Part shown: in pieces, positions 63,601 to 64,000 of the stretch | How positions within the stretch are numbered: the stretch's first letter is position 1 | How the letters are laid out: every line of letters starts with the position of its first letter | Origin: Phaeosaccion multiseriatum | Taxonomy: Eukaryota; Protista; Ochrophyta, other classes | Direction: 5' to 3' | NCBI GenBank assembly: GCA_965112735.1 | Contig: OZ218958.1 | Coordinates: forward strand, 248,001-312,000 | Length of the DNA stretch: 64,000 nucleotides | The notes under the pieces: generated by a model | Told to the model about the DNA's origin: nothing | Seen by the model: the letters and a program-made list of their open reading frames with translations, nothing else | Databases searched by the model: none | Position numbers and translations under genes: made by a program

Positions 63601-64000
63601 GACGGACCTGCTCGTGCATTCGACTCGCCACCTCCGTAATTGACTGTCCATCGCCATACGCGTCAGTCACGTCATACACATCCAGCCCCAGCGCGGGGTA
63701 CGGAGTGACGTCAGCCTCTGGGCAGGTACTACTTCTGAATCCGCACTCAGGGTTGCATTGCTTCCAGCTGGCCACGAGCAACCTCCGCGTGGTGTGCGAG
63801 ATGACGTGGATGGAGTTTGCGGCTACGTAGTCGTTGGGGCTGTCGATGTGTCCGAACTGGTCCACTCGCTTGTGACGGTCCTCTTCGAAGGGGTCTGGTG
63901 GGGTATGGAGCAGGGATTGGGTGTGTGGAAGAGAGAAAGAGAGAGCGAGTGTACGTGCGTGAGTAAGAGGGACAGAGAGAGAGGGGAGTGGGCGGGTCGG
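56646..64000 (-). CDS. Multi-exon LVIVD-repeat beta-propeller protein with inserted PA domain, Pro/Thr linker and C-terminal TM helix (5' end outside window)
   Basis: Blade motifs: [37 protein letters not shown]|[20 protein letters not shown]-like [30 protein letters not shown]...VPAVYV. PTP-rich linker, then [21 protein letters not shown] followed by RKRK. Stop at 56646-56648. Confidence 0.75.
59829..59920 (-). pseudogene. Duplicated, stop-containing partial copy of the neighbouring exon (pseudo-exon)
   Basis: Reads [27 protein letters not shown]|gtgag, versus [28 protein letters not shown]|gtgag in the true exon (59987-60079). Confidence 0.8.
63158..63225. repeat. 14-bp tandem repeat (AGCGACAGATGTCA)~5, intronic
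   Basis: Tandem near-identical units seen directly. Confidence 0.9.

Overview
This is eukaryotic nuclear DNA: GC-rich, intron-dense, with GT-AG introns packed with micro- and minisatellites ((TCCC)n, (GT)n, (TCAG)n, (CTCA)n, (GAG)n). It most likely comes from a photosynthetic stramenopile (ochrophyte); this is inferred from a signal-peptide-plus-Phe plastid presequence and the gene architectures, and the taxon is not established. Most entries in the ORF track are repeat-driven artefacts, so I reassembled genes by hand from exons and splice sites. Genes found: a secreted PC-esterase/SGNH-like protein with four CBM4/9-like modules (571-6111 +); an EDR2-like PH-START-DUF1336 protein (8200-16054 +); a CCA-adding enzyme (~16799-23262 +); an orphan 7TM protein (~25072-29459 -); an SCY1-like pseudokinase (30532-34637 +); an SGNH-fold protein (36632-38633 -); an RCC1 + UBR-type Zn-finger protein (38880-45548 +); a DUF1295 protein (45920-48164 -); an intronless ferredoxin-MBL protein (48494-49609 +); protein phosphatase 5 (51428-56065 -); and a bacterial-like LVIVD/PA-domain membrane protein running off the right end (56646->64000 -). 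The most striking unexplained signal is a dispersed 13-bp motif, GTATCACCARCTG. It occurs 11 times exactly, on both strands, usually within CTG/CAG runs, in introns, intergenic DNA and coding exons in different reading frames. A second dispersed 13-mer (GATGGCAGTGGAT) behaves similarly. I found no rRNA, tRNA, CRISPR array or intact transposon. All domain calls are by motif recognition, not database search.
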